DNA of 64,000 bases from Centroscyllium fabricii. Lineage: Eukaryota. Shown piece by piece: positions 23,873 to 36,919 of the stretch (positions are counted from its first letter, which is position 1; the number at the start of each line of letters is the position of its first letter). The notes beneath the pieces are model-generated. The model worked only from the letters and a program-made list of their open reading frames with translations, was not told the DNA's origin and searched no databases. The position numbers were made by a program, and so were the translations under genes. The stretch lies in NCBI GenBank assembly GCA_051313645.2, contig JBNRSN020000016.1, positions 47,988,001 to 48,052,000 on the forward strand, given 5' to 3'.

Positions 23873-26800
23873 CAAAAGGTGGAGACACTACCAAAGGATA
23901 GGGAGAGGTTGGCTGTGATGGTAAGCATGGGGTCAAGAAGGGTAAGTTGGGTAGTTAGTACCTGAATGATAACCAGGATATGAAAACTGTATTTATCTGG
24001 AAGCAATGCAGAATGCACGGCATAAACATCAGAATGTTGTGACTGGGTACTTTGAAACAAATGGCAAACTATGTTTTTTTCAAATAAATATATATATCTT
24101 TTAAAACTTTTAGTATGTACACACAGCCAACAATACTGAACAGGCCAACAGTAATAATAACCACATCGATCTGAAGATCTGCCTGAGTACCAACCATTAC
24201 CACTCCAATTCTGAATGTGGATAATGTGCTCTCAGTACCCGTGTTTGATTTACAGCAATGTCATTTTAGATATCAACAGGATCTTGGGAATGAAAGTGAG
24301 GAGGTCGAGGAGAGAAACTATTTATGTGTTTACTATAATTTTCTGAAATGGAAGTTTGATAATATTAGAGTGAAATTCAGGTTAAAAATATTACCAGTAA
24401 ATACTGGTGGTCCTTCTAGTTTATAATGAGTTCGAATGTTACTATCTGTTACTGCTTTGCAGAGATAAGATTGCAGTAGTGAAGGGACAGATTTGATCTG
24501 CAGCACTGATGGGTTTTTATTCTGCATGAAAGTGGCATTGGCACACTTGTACCCATTTAGCAAATAATATCTTTCTGTTGGCAAACTGTGGGCCCTTGTG
24601 GAATAAATGAAATGGGGTAATGGGGTAAGTTCGATTTTAGTTTGTGTATACCCTGCATATGTGTACAGTGGTCCTGTCCAGTGAAACTGGGAGCAGTAAT
24701 GTTAATGTGCTGTTAGATCACAAAAAAAAGATGGTATCTTTAAATGCTCACACTAAAGGATCAAATGTTGCTGTATTTAATAGATTCTTTTGTGGATAAG
24801 CCTTTAAAGTCTCGTTTAGGTTTAAAAGTCGGGAGTAAGCTTGGAAAAAATCTCTAGATAAATCAAGTGCTCTCTGTAATACCCCAGAGCTAAAATCAAT
24901 GAACAGGATAATTCTACTGCTTGTAATACATGTCCTTTCATGTATTTATACCCCTATCACCACCCAAAAAGAAAAGATACTCTATTTACAGTGCAGCAAA
25001 TATGGGGATGAAGCAGTATCTTCTGCTTGTATGTTGTTATCTTAAAGGAATGATTTGCTGAAGAAAATGATTGTACACTTGTCACATTAAAACAAGGGGC
25101 CTTATTGAAATTTCCAAACTAATTATTACGTAGCAACAGGTTTGAAATTGCATATCTATTTTCAAGTTGTGCATTGATGAGCAATAGTCTAGTTTTTAAA
25201 ATATATTAAAAGAATATTGCTAAAGAAGCCCATGTTGAAATGGCCCTGAAAGCCTGCTTGATGTACTTGTATTGTGGGGTGGGTTTGATGGACATATGCT
25301 TTATTAGTCTCCTATACTTTAGTATGTGAAGTGTGCTGCTGTTATATGACCATTACGAAAGATGTTTACGTCTTGACGGTATTGTGTTGAAGTAACATTA
25401 CAGGAGGAGTTTGGGGCCATTTTGTTTACTTAGCAGAGGTACAGGCCTCAGTAAAAGTCTTCATTAATGTCAGGAATGCAGAGCAGGCAGTTTGCTTACA
25501 GGCTCCGAGGCCAGCAACCATTAGTATCTGTCAGGGAGCACAGAGAAGGCCCTGTGCTGGCTTTATACAGGGTGTGAATGAGAGCAGGCCTTGGAATAAT
25601 GTGAAAACAAATACATGCATCTAGTATGCAAAACTCTGACCAAGATGACCTTTTTGCACAACCACAAAGAGTTTGTAAAGTCAAACCAATGCATCGCGCT
25701 CTTTGGTCTTGTTAATTTATCACAGTATTTGAAGAATAAATGTAAAGCCTTCTCCACATTCAGTAGAAAGTGAACATGAGGCTCCTTAAATAAGATCAAA
25801 GTGTTAATCCCACAGTTATTTTTCCCTTTTTCTTTGGTGCTCCTTAGGGTAAAAGGAGTGACTGCCTTTTGCAGAATGTGCCCTGTTTCCCAGCCCGCCT
25901 GCACTAGTCATACTCTGGCCAGATTTGGTTTGGAAGCAGAGTTCTCTCCTCTTGCAACACGATCTAACCTTTTAACAAAATTGTGCAAGGACTGAACTGT
26001 CGACATTTTTTCAAACACAGCTAGATCTTTTTGTTACAATTACAGTGCTCGTGTCAGTCACTGAGTTCTGCTCACTTGATAACATGTAAAAGATGCAATT
26101 CTCTTCATCTTTTTTTTTAGTCCATTGCAAATTATCAATCAGTATGAGCATGTTTAATTAAGATATTAAAAGTGCTGAATTCTTGGGCTATATTTTACAT
26201 TATTGATTTTTAACCAATAAAAATGAAGATAAATTAACAATTAAAGCTGCCAGTTGACCGTGGGAGAGGGGAAATAACCTTCAGTCTTTAACAGTAAATT
26301 GTCATGGAAAAAATGGCCTACTCAGTAAGAGATGTAAGTGCTCCAGAAGAAAAAGGAGTTAGCATTAGTTGTGTTGGATTACGACATTATTGTGATGTCA
26401 ATAATGTTCTATTGAGTAGACAAAAAACCAGTGCAGCACCAGTAAACACTTTGTACATTGTAGATTCTTATTGAGAAGCCAATAGTAATTTGGATTCTGA
26501 CAGTTTGGATCAAATGAACACCCAGTGATTTAGGCCCATTTGATGCAGAATGACACTAATGGCATTTGGGGAAGGGTAGTTTCTTCACTCCAGAAGCTGT
26601 CTTTTCCATGCAAGACTATATAAAAGTTGCCTTAATATTAACCCAGTTGATATTGTCTTATTTAAATCAAATACAAACAGAAAATTATTGAAATCCACCA
26701 CAATTTATCAACATCTGAAAAAGAAATGGGTTCATGTTTCAGGTCGAGACCCTTCAACAGGACAGTCTTCCCTGTAACAATAGCCTATCTTTCTTTGTTT

Positions 26801-27330
26801 AAATTTTGACAGAACTGCTGTGTATTTCTACCTTTTTATATTTTTATTTCAGATTTTTAACATTTGCAGCGCTGTTTCTATTTATTCCTTGTTTGGTAAT
26901 TCAGTAAAGTTACTGTTTTTCATTCCGCACACATTTTGTTTTATCCTCTCCCCGTCCAACCAAATGAGCAGCTGGGTGACCTGCCCCCAGGTCTCAATGG
27001 ATGCCACAAGAGTCAAATGCCAATAGCTGGGCGGGAAAGCTCGGAACTGGTGCTCGTTCTCTGATTGTGTTTCTTGTCACTCTCCCTGCCATTTCTCCCA
27101 AAGCCACTTGGGCATTAAATCTGCAGGGAACTGCAAGTCACTATTTAATTTAGGTCGACTGAATTTGCTGCTGCTGATTAATTTACTTATTTTTTCCACA
27201 GCTTCATGTACCTGTTTTGAGACATGAACATCCCAAGGAGGAAAAAAAATGAAGCATGTGTAGGATCTGCTGTAGTGGATTGTGTGCTGTGTGTGATGAT
27301 TTTGCAGAGGATCAGTGGATCTGGAGTTTT

Positions 27331-27623
27331 AATAATAATAATAATAATTCAACTTTATTGTCATTATACAATGTACAAGTACATGAACAACGAAATGTGA
27401 TCTTGCAAGCTCCCAAGAGTCCAGCAAAGCCGCTGCGTCTGTGCGCGCCGCCATTCCATCTTCCCATCATTCTGACAATCTCCAGCCAACCGCCCCTCCT
27501 TTCGTGACCTTCTGCACCTGGTATTCCCTGGTGGTTACCCATCCAAGTACTAACCAGGCCTGGCTCTGCTTAGCTTCCAAGCCTTGCCAGTGGCCCTGTC
27601 CCTAGTCCCAGGAACAGGTAGCC
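27331..27623 (-). mobile_element. 5S-derived SINE with Rex1-like tail, copy 2
   Basis: Near-identical to 11106-11414 with a short internal deletion. Confidence 0.88.
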
Positions 27624-27647
27624 AACAGCCATGTCTGCTACTCACTA

Positions 27648-27988
27648 CAGGTTCAGCACCGGTAATCTGGCACCCCATGGTCCGGCACCTTCAGTGGTCC
27701 GGCACGAATCAAAACCGGCGGTCTTCGGTTTGCTGAGCAGCCGCTTGGCGGCGCCACCGTTTCCCGCGAAGGGTGAGCGAGCGCCGCGGGCGTTTGGGTT
27801 TCTGTTTTTATAAGGCTTGTAAGTGTTCTATCCCCGGGCTCCCTCCCGGGGAGTGTTCTACCCACGCGCACTGGGCCCCGGGGAGTGTTCTACCCGCGCG
27901 CTCCCCCCGAACCGTTAGTGGTTCGGAATTTTCAGTGGTCTGGCACCGGCCTGGTCCTGAGGGTGCCGGATTACTGGTGCTCAACCTG
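27648..27988 (+). mobile_element. pogo/Tigger-like MITE
   Basis: TIRs caggttcagcaccggtaat / ttactggtgctcaacctg, TA flanks. Confidence 0.92.
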
Positions 27989-30573
27989 TACTAACATGCT
28001 GGCTGGAGGGAGGCTGAGTGTGAACTACTCACTCCCCGAGGGAAGCTGATAATATCGCTGATGATTTTGAAAAGATTAGATAGGAACCACATAACAGAGA
28101 GTAGCATCCTCTGAATTAATGAAGTACTACTTGTGACACCAGGGTCTATTGTCTCCTTACCCCTCTCTCTGAGTCATTCTTTCTATGCAGCCAAAGAGTC
28201 CCCTTGAAATTAATTTTAATATTTCGTAAAAAGATGACATAGAGCAAGGCTGTGCTTTCCGAGCACTGCACCAGTCTAATTTTCATAAAGATGATAATGA
28301 CTGTTTGTCGACCTGCATTTCGGATGGAAAATCAGTGGTGCAGTCTAATTACTTTCTGACATTTGGTAACATCTGCAGTTAACAAACTCTGCCCTTTAGT
28401 TTACCAACTAGTTTCTGTGCCATTGTTGACCTGTAAACACACAACTGTTTTACAGGGAAATTCTCAATTACTTGTTTATCAGCTAGCTTTTTGGAATTTG
28501 TCTTCAAATTCTGTGACCGTAAAAGCTGAAAAGCAGTTAAATAACATGTGCCTTCGCTTTGCAGAATTCCAAAGGCTGGTTGGCAAACGAAAAACATATC
28601 AACAGCAAATTTCCAGTTTCATATAAATCGAAATACCTTGCGCCCAACACAGCAAGGCCCCTTTCATTCTACAAGTAACAGATTAAAAAAAAAAAACACT
28701 GCTTTGCAGTACTTTCTGCGGGCAAACCTGTTCATTTATCTGACGTTAAAAAGGATAAAAGTTTGATCTCATCTTATGTACCAGCTATGGGTGAGCAGTG
28801 TGGTCATCCAAACCTGTACCAAAGCTCCACTGGTTTTGGTTTATATTGCCAAATATGCTGCTTTGCCAATTACAAAATAAGAAAACTATCCAAAAAAATG
28901 AATATGCATTTGTGTCTACTTCAGCCCTTGTGACGTGGCAGGTTTTGCTTTCTCCCTACTGCAGTGCTAATGGCTGAGGGATCACAGTTAAATAAACTGG
29001 GCCTGGAACAACTATTTGGAGTAACAAATAGCACAGTCCAGTAGTCGACACAATTACGTGTATTATTTTTAATTTCTACTGTAATACGCTGTGCATGTGG
29101 AGTGCTGAAGTATTAGACTGAAAATTGAATGTTTGTTCCTATTTGAAATGCAAGCATTGCAATCCTGAATTGTGATGCCTCTTAGAGCATCATCTTAATC
29201 CACCAGGGTCACTTTTAATCGCTCTTGACGGTAAATGTCATGAAAGTGAGGTAAAACCCAGTCTCATTCTAATGGCAGTAAGACCCATGAAGGGTTGTCT
29301 TATCATTTTGTGGAGGTCTTTGATCTTTCTGACCTGGGCCAGACAGGAAATTCACGGGTGAAATCAGTTCCCAGAACGGATTCCCCACTGTTTCTCTATC
29401 TTCCAGATCAGCTTGCTTGCTGTGATGTTGTTTTAGAGTGAGGGGACAGAGGGAGATTGACTTTTCGATAAGACGGTGCAAGTGTGTGACTTAAGGCAAT
29501 ACGTTTACTGTTTTTCTGCCATATGCATCACATAATTGTTTTTGTGAAGTGTTGCATCTGAAGGTGGTTCAGGTGTTCAGAGTCTCTTGAAGCAAGTAGG
29601 AAAATGGTAGCTAGTTTGAAAAATATATATTTCTTTCCTAATCTGGTAATGACTATTGTGATGATTATTGAACTCTGGCATGGTGTATGTACAAAATGTT
29701 GCGTAGCAGTAATTGCATAGCAGTTGAAGGGTAACATCCCTTCTAAAACATTATTAACAGAAAAGCTTGTTTCAGTTCAGTATTTCATTACTTTTTACCA
29801 TATACATGTATATTATCTATACAGACCTTCACACTATGTGCTATATTGCATTACATTTCTTTAGGCTATGCTTACATTTTTCCGCCTTCCCTCAATTCTG
29901 GGTTCTGCTTGAAAAGTAAATATGTAACATTTGAGTTAAAATACCAGAATTTTCTGAAGTTCAAATTACTTTTGAGTTTTCAGTGACCAAGCACATCTTT
30001 GTTTCGAATAAATCAGTTGACAAGAGTTTCAAATAAGATTGCACTTGTATAGAAGTTTTATATGAAGCTTAGACAAAACTGGCCATAAAAAGCAGTTGGC
30101 TTCCAACTGTGCCAACCTGAGAACTCTGTTCACTGAGGGGGTTTAAAGCAGCTGAACCTTCAGACTTCTGAGACCACCATTCCATCTGTATGCTTCAGCG
30201 GCACCCAATGAACATCCGCTATAGGAGGATCAAATCTTGGGTCCAATTGCTTTACTTTAATGCACTTTTGCCTTAGATCACATCAAAACCTTGGCACGGT
30301 CAACTTTTATTTGGCATAGGGGAGTTGGCTTTATCAGCGCTCTAATTTGTATAGTAATACCTGTCACAAAGACCTCCTGGGGTAGACCACCTAGTATCTG
30401 TCCTATGAAAATTTGGCCAGATCATGTAGCAAGGCGCCCTGACAAAGTCTGCATGATGTCCATTCCAAAGCTGGAATACAGATAGGTCACACTGTATATT
30501 GACCACCTGTTGTTGCAAGCCTTGCGCATGGCCATTTTGACACAAAGGGTACAGTGAGCAATCCTAGAGTCAG

Positions 30574-31305
30574 AGGGGTAAAAATTGGTCAGTGTACATT
30601 TTGTGGCACTGACCCAGGCGATGCAATGAGCTGGCGCTAAGAAGGCTGAAATTGGCTGGCATTGCCCATTACGGGTGGGCGGGCGCTAAATTGGGCGGGC
30701 CGCCTCGCTCTTGGTGCGAGGCGGCCAAATACCGGGACGTTGTCACAGCGCTGCGCGAAGGAGGCTGTAGCGGTGGCCCGTGGTATGGCAGGCCTTCCTC
30801 CTCCATTAAAGGGGAGAGGCCTAGCGCGGCTACGGCCGGAGCCCCGCGGGGTCGCCGAGGGAGCAGGAGGCGGAGAACGAGCCCGGCACTGAAGGGAAGT
30901 GCCTGGCTCAGCAGACGGAGGCCTCACCCCGCCGGGGGAGCAGCGGGGGAGCCCAGGGAAGGCCAAGGGAGAAGGTGCTGGCGGTTGGCCAGCAATAAAA
31001 ATGGCCGACCGCCGCACTCCCCTTTAAGCAGCGCTCGAGCGCTGCTGTTTGGGCATGAGAAAGCTGGCGTGGACAGCGCCCAGCGACAAAACGACGGGCG
31101 CTGCCCAATTTCAGCCGCAGGCGCCTCCCAGGCGCTGCGCGGCCTGATGACGTCATTCGCGACGTCCAGCTGGGCGTTAAATTTGTTGGGGCGCTACCAG
31201 TTAGACCCCATCTTAACGTCCAGCTGAATTCAGCGCTGGGTGCTATTCCTAGCGCTAATTGTTTAGCGCTTACGGGCCAGCGCTAGAGCGCCAATTTCGT
31301 GCCCA
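30574..31305. mobile_element. GC/CpG-rich MITE (Harbinger-like)
   Basis: Imperfect TIRs aggggtaaaaattgg / ccaatttcgtgccca; homologous to 19834-20578. Confidence 0.7.
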
Positions 31306-32772
31306 TAGAGTCATAGAGTTATACAGCACAGAAAGAGGCCCTTCGGCCCATCGCGTCCGCTAGCCATCAAGCCCCGTCTATTCTAATCCCATTTTCCAGC
31401 ATTTGGTCCGTAGCCTTGTATGCTATGGCATTTCAAGTGCTCATCTAAATGCTTCTTGAATGTTGCCGGTTCCTGCCTCTACCACCCTTTCAGGCAGCGA
31501 GTTCCAGATTCCAACCACTCTCTGGGTGAAAAAGTTCTTCCTCAAATCCCCTCTAAACCTCCTGCCCCTTACCTCAAAACTATGCCCCTGGTTATTCACC
31601 CCTCTACCAAGGGGAAAAGTTGCTTTCTATCTACCCTATCTATGCCCCTCATAATTTTGTACACCTCAATCAGGTCCCCCCTCCGCCTTCTCTGCTCCAA
31701 GGAAAACAACCCCAGCCTGTCCAGTCTTGCTTCATAGCTGAAGCGCTCCAGCCCAGGTAACATCCTGGTGAATCTCCTCTGCACCCTCTCCAAAGCAATC
31801 ACATCCTTCCTATAGTGTGGCGACCAGAACTGCACACAGTGGGGGGGATTTCGCCAGAAGGGCGGCAACCTGGCGGGGATTGGTCTGGGCCGCCTACGGC
31901 CCCGCCCGCCCAAACAGCTGGGAAGACCACGCAATTTTAGTTTAATTAGGTTGTTAAATACACTCCGGCGGCAGCGGGAGGTAATTAGGTCAGTCGAGTC
32001 GGGCTGCATCGGGGCTGCGAGCAGCTTGATTGACAGTTCCAGCACTGGTTGTTGACAGTTCCCATGGAAACACTCCAGTGTGACATCACAGTGGAGTGGA
32101 ACCAATGGGAACAGTCAAGTGCTGGTGACTGACAGGTGGGCGGGCGGGCTCAGAATTCTTGCCAGCTCGGCAGCAGCTGTGAGGAAATGTTCAGAGGTGA
32201 GGTTTCTCAGTCTCTGCTCACAGCTGCTGCAGCCACAGCGGAGTTACTTACTCCTTGAAGGTGCTGGAGGCATGTCAAGCATTTGGCAGCATGTCCTTCA
32301 GCACCTTGAAGGAGAAAGTAATAAGCAACGCTGTGCTCATGCTGGGTTTCACCCAGCGGGGTTTACGGTGGCGGGGTTAGGGCGGGAAACAGGGCAAAAT
32401 GGCTGAGGGCCCTTAAAATGGCATTAAAGATGCCAATTAAGGGCCCTTCACGAGCTGACAACCCATCCCCGCCGGCCAGCGGCGGGTAGGTTTTGGGGCG
32501 GGGAATCTGAGCGGGGGAAAATTAGAAAGTGGCGGGGATACGGCAGGGGGTGGGGGCGGCGGGACCTGCCGGTTCTGCTATTTTGCCGGCCGGGCCGCCG
32601 AAAACCCCGCCTCACGGGGACATGAAAATCCCCCCTCAGTATTCCAACTGTGGCCTTGGCAGCGTTTTGTACAGCTCCATCATAACCTCCCTGCTCTTAT
32701 ATTCTATGCCTCGGCTAATGAAGGCAAGTATCCCATGTGCCTTTTTAACCACCTTATTCACCTGTTCTGCTG
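31304..32772 (-). mobile_element. CR1 3' fragment interrupted by a MITE (31840-32636)
   Basis: CVQFWSPHYRKDVIALERVQRRFTRMLPG; tgcacacag resumes as tattccaactgtggcc at 32640, as in the uninterrupted copy at 42070. Confidence 0.88.
31840..32636. mobile_element. Harbinger-like MITE
   Basis: TIRs tgggggggatttc / gaaaatcccccct; 3-bp duplication CAG deduced from the empty site in the paralogous CR1. Confidence 0.75.
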
Positions 32773-33171
32773 TAGATTCCTCTAGATTCATTGGAGATGA
32801 AGTGATAATGGTTAATTGCAGATGAAATCAACTGAACTTTTCTTCTAGGAGACTGGTTTTAACAGGGAAGTGACTTTAATAGAGATAATAATGCAATGTT
32901 GCAGAATGGGAGCCTCTGCAACGCATGATCCTGAAGAAGGAAGAATTTCATCTAAGGTTAATTTAAAGAACAAATATTTAGAGTTTGTGCCAGTGGTGAG
33001 ATGCCTCACTCGCCGCCAGTGCGTATTGGCTAATTGCAGATTGGCTGCCACTGATACACTGATGACAGGCTGCCTGTATGATTGAAAAGTTTCGGCTAAA
33101 ATGTCATTTGTGTTGCTTGCTTTATTTCTGAGCATAGTATTTTCTGTACAAACGGGTAGATTCCATTTAAC

Positions 33172-33430
33172 AGACACTGGATCTCCTGGACAAGTTTCGA
33201 TCGCCTAGATTGGGGTCGGAGAGGAATTTCCCGGATTTTTTCCCCAAATTGGCCTGGGTTTTAATCCGGTTTTTCGCCTCTCCCAGGAGATCACATGGTT
33301 TTTTGGGTGGGATGAAGGGTGATAGTGGGAAGAAGGTTAGGGTAGGATCAGCCATGATCTTATTGAATGGCGGAGCGGGCTCGAGGGGCCGATTGGCCTA
33401 CTCCTGCTCCTATTTCTTATGTTCTTATGT
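33172..33430 (+). mobile_element. Repeat with CR1-type tail (SINE or CR1 3' UTR variant)
   Basis: Tail gatcagccatgatcttattgaatggcggagc...tatgttcttatgt; body similar to 41020-41140 (-) and 8670-8797. Confidence 0.6.
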
Positions 33431-36400
33431 TGACACGCAGGCCAGAAGGATAGTGGGTACCTCTTGCACATGTGAGCGACAGAAGAAACACTTAGCCGGG
33501 GTTGGAGAGGTTGTTTGAGAGAAGGAAAGATGATATTTCACATGGTTTGAGAAGGTTGGTAAACAAAATACACAGATGTTAGCATCACATATTGATTGTG
33601 TGCATGAGTTCACATCCGGGAGTATTGGGTTGACCTTTACTATGAGGCAGTTCAAAATGTGCCCTTTAACTCTTACAGTTCTAAACTTGGATAGTTCAAA
33701 GAACCGTGTTATATCCCATTAAAGAACTTCATATGCTGTATGGTATATCACCAAAGACTAATTTATAGGGACTCTCTTTTTGCCCCCTGGATCTGTCTGG
33801 TTCCCTTGTTGTCCTTTGCACATTCTCCTGACTTTCTTTTTCTCTCTTCTTAGTAAGGATGTGGTAATGCAATTTTTGACCAAAGGAAAAAAACATTTCA
33901 AAATCACAGCAGTTTTCTTGTGAATGATCATATTTCCAGGCCTGTATTTCTGGTTTGTGGCAAATAGAACAACTGAAGAGGAAAGCAAAGAAACAAGGAA
34001 GTGAAACTGGGGTCACAGTGAAAACATGACTTCACTGGTCCATGACACAACCATTGCTCATGTGGTCAACCCTCAGAAAAACTTTCAGTTCAGCCTCATA
34101 CAACCCAAGTGGCCCTGAAAGTTCTTCTTTTCATTCACCATATGGGATTTAAAATTCTTTCAACTAGGAATAGCAGGGAGGCTGGCCACAGTTTCCCTCA
34201 TCTGATTTCCCTAAACTGACCTCCATATTTACACAGGAAGTTTGTTTTTCAGTGGAAAAAGATGGTCTATTTTATAACCTGTGAAAGACCATTTATCACC
34301 CAGATTCGTAACTTAAACAGATATGTAAAAATCCTTAAAATAAATCAAAAATTATATTCTGGCATATAATCAGTATCCCACCTAAACCTCTCGTGTACTG
34401 TTACAGTATTGAAGAACAAAGGTATGTATTTTGTCGCAAGTCGACTTCTTATAGGCCACAACCTGTGCTGAGGTTGGCAAATCAAATATTCATAAATGCA
34501 CTACACACTACATTTAATTTTTCTACCACACAGAAGTGTATTCACATATTTTGACTTGCTGCCAAATTGTGTGAATTCAGTAGCCAGTCTGTGCTTGTTG
34601 TTGTCAGTCTTGCAATGTGATGCCAAGTATCCTCGTATGTCTTCCTTTTTCTCCAGCTGGAAAGGGTGGTGAATTCAGGTTACATAAACAAATTCCTCAG
34701 TTAGTAATCATCATTTTGTCATTACAAGAAGAATGGCAGCTCTGTTCCATTTTAATGCTATTGCATTTATCTGACCATCTGTCTGTATTGGTCCTCATTC
34801 AATGGTGTGGCAGTGCCCAGAAATACTCATTTCCAGGCTTCAAACATTTGTGACCAATTTGAAAAGCGACAATCAGCTGCGCATCTGCGAAACTGCCTTG
34901 CGGGTACATAATGGGGGGTTGGGTGGGGAATAACAATTTTACACTTTGGCTTATAATATTCCTGTAAAGCGCCTTGGGACGTTTTACTACATTAAAGGCG
35001 CTATATAACTACAAGTTGTTGTTGTTGTCTATTGTGACACAGAACAATCAACGCCGTGCAACGTTATTAGAAGTGGCTGTGCTTTTGCTGAGCCATGGTA
35101 CACATTTTCAATACATCTGAAGGGTTTCTAACATTCTTGATAGTTATTTCTGTACAAAGGTACAAGAAAAGACTCTGAGCCAGGCGCTGTACTGAAGTAG
35201 GCCCCATGCCAAATCCTATTTTAGTCTGTGGTACAGGTTACAAGTACTCAGGTGCAGCAAACATTGGCAAAGAAAAGTGGGCCTAGGGCAAACAAAGGAT
35301 AGGCAGAGCGCCACTTCCATTCAGGTGATTGTTCAGCTCTCACTAGCAAATGTAGTATTTGCCTGGGGCCCATCTCATTCTGACAGCTTGACAGGCAGCT
35401 CAGGGAAACCAGCCTATAACCTACTAATAAATGGAATATATAACTGAAACCTTAAGGTGGTCTTGCTGTGTCCAAAGTCGTTTATTTATTCATTTAACTT
35501 TTATGTTTCGTTCTGATGTTTCCATGTTACTCTAAGTTTCTTGTGAAACCTCACAGGCGAACCTTGATTTTGTAATGGGAACCCGGAAGAGATGGTGCAG
35601 CTTCTCGAGTAGTCTTAAAAAGTTGCTTTTTAGGTGTGGGATAACTGTAATTCATTAATATTCATTGCTCATTAAAATGTAAGTGCAGCGATGATTTATA
35701 ATCTGACCACATTTGTTGAAGTAAATTGAACAAGTATGTTGACTAAATAAGTCCCGTATTCAGTAGAAATATTTTGTGGGTTAATGAGAGCTTCTGAATT
35801 AATAGAGGTCATTTTAACAAGGAACCTGTGTAGTACTGTTGGTTAACCCATTGGATAACAAATTACCATTATAGCCTATTTTAGTTCCAATTAATTTTCA
35901 AAAGCAGCAGTATTTTGTTCCTTCATACTTGAGCAGTAGTTTAAAGAAAAGTCAGCTCCTAGATTGATCATAATGAATGGCTTTTAAAATGTAGATATAC
36001 TGTACTAACATTCCTGCACGTGCCATTTTATGTTGGTTCAATATGCACAGTGAGATGTATCTCTCAACCAATCCTCTGGACGCAGTGAGGTGATACATCA
36101 GTTGACTTGTGATTCCTTATTTTTGGTCAGTAACTAGTTTTATTCTCATATGATCCTGCACTACATACACCTGACATTTACAGCACTCACAATACAAAGG
36201 TGACAACAAAAATAATCTTTTGTCTGATCAGGTTTATTTGATAATGTGGCTAAGTGTGGCATCACAAGGAGGTAAATGCCCTTGTGATGCCACACTCAAC
36301 CAAAACGTTGGATTCAATTCAATTCAATTGTCATTGCAGAGTACTAGTACAATACAACGAGACGAAGACTCGCCGTTCCCGAGAGTAGTGCAAATAATTT

Positions 36401-36919
36401 ACATACAATTGCATACAGTAAAGTACATTTTCAGGTGTGCAGGTACCGGAGTTTTTTGTTAGAGTTCAGGAGGCTGACAGCCCTGGGGAAGAAGCTGTTC
36501 TTGAATCTAGTTGTGCGGGTGCGAATTGATCTGTAGCGTCTCCCGGAGGGCATGGGGGTGAACAGACTGTGGCTGGGGTGTGTGTGGTCTTTAATAATGT
36601 TCAGAGACCTCCGTAGGCAGCGTTTGAGGTAGATGCTTTCAATTGACGGTAGCTGGGTGCCGGTGATTCGTTGGGCAGTTTTGACTGCCCGCTGCAGGGC
36701 CTTCTGGTTCGAGATGATGCAGTTTCCATACCAGACTGTGATGCAGCTTGTCAGTATGCTTTTGATTGTGCAGCGGTAGAAGTTGGAGAGGATGCCGGAT
36801 GACAGCTTGGCTTTTTTCAGCATCCTTAGGAAGTACAGGCGCTGTTGGGCCTTCTTAACCAGAGAGGAGGTGTTCAGTGACCAGGAGAGGTCTTCCGAGA
36901 TGTGGACCCCGAGGAACTT

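Noticed and set aside
26730-26762. Additional hammerhead motif (minus strand ctgttgaagggtctcgacctgaaacatg)
   Set aside because: Core CUGA is mutated to CUGU and the flanks are degenerate; a fossil at best
32849-32957. Possible host exon (ttttcttctag acceptor, open frame)
   Set aside because: Weak donor and no recognisable protein similarity; same for candidates near 2670, 18865, 27202 and 48630
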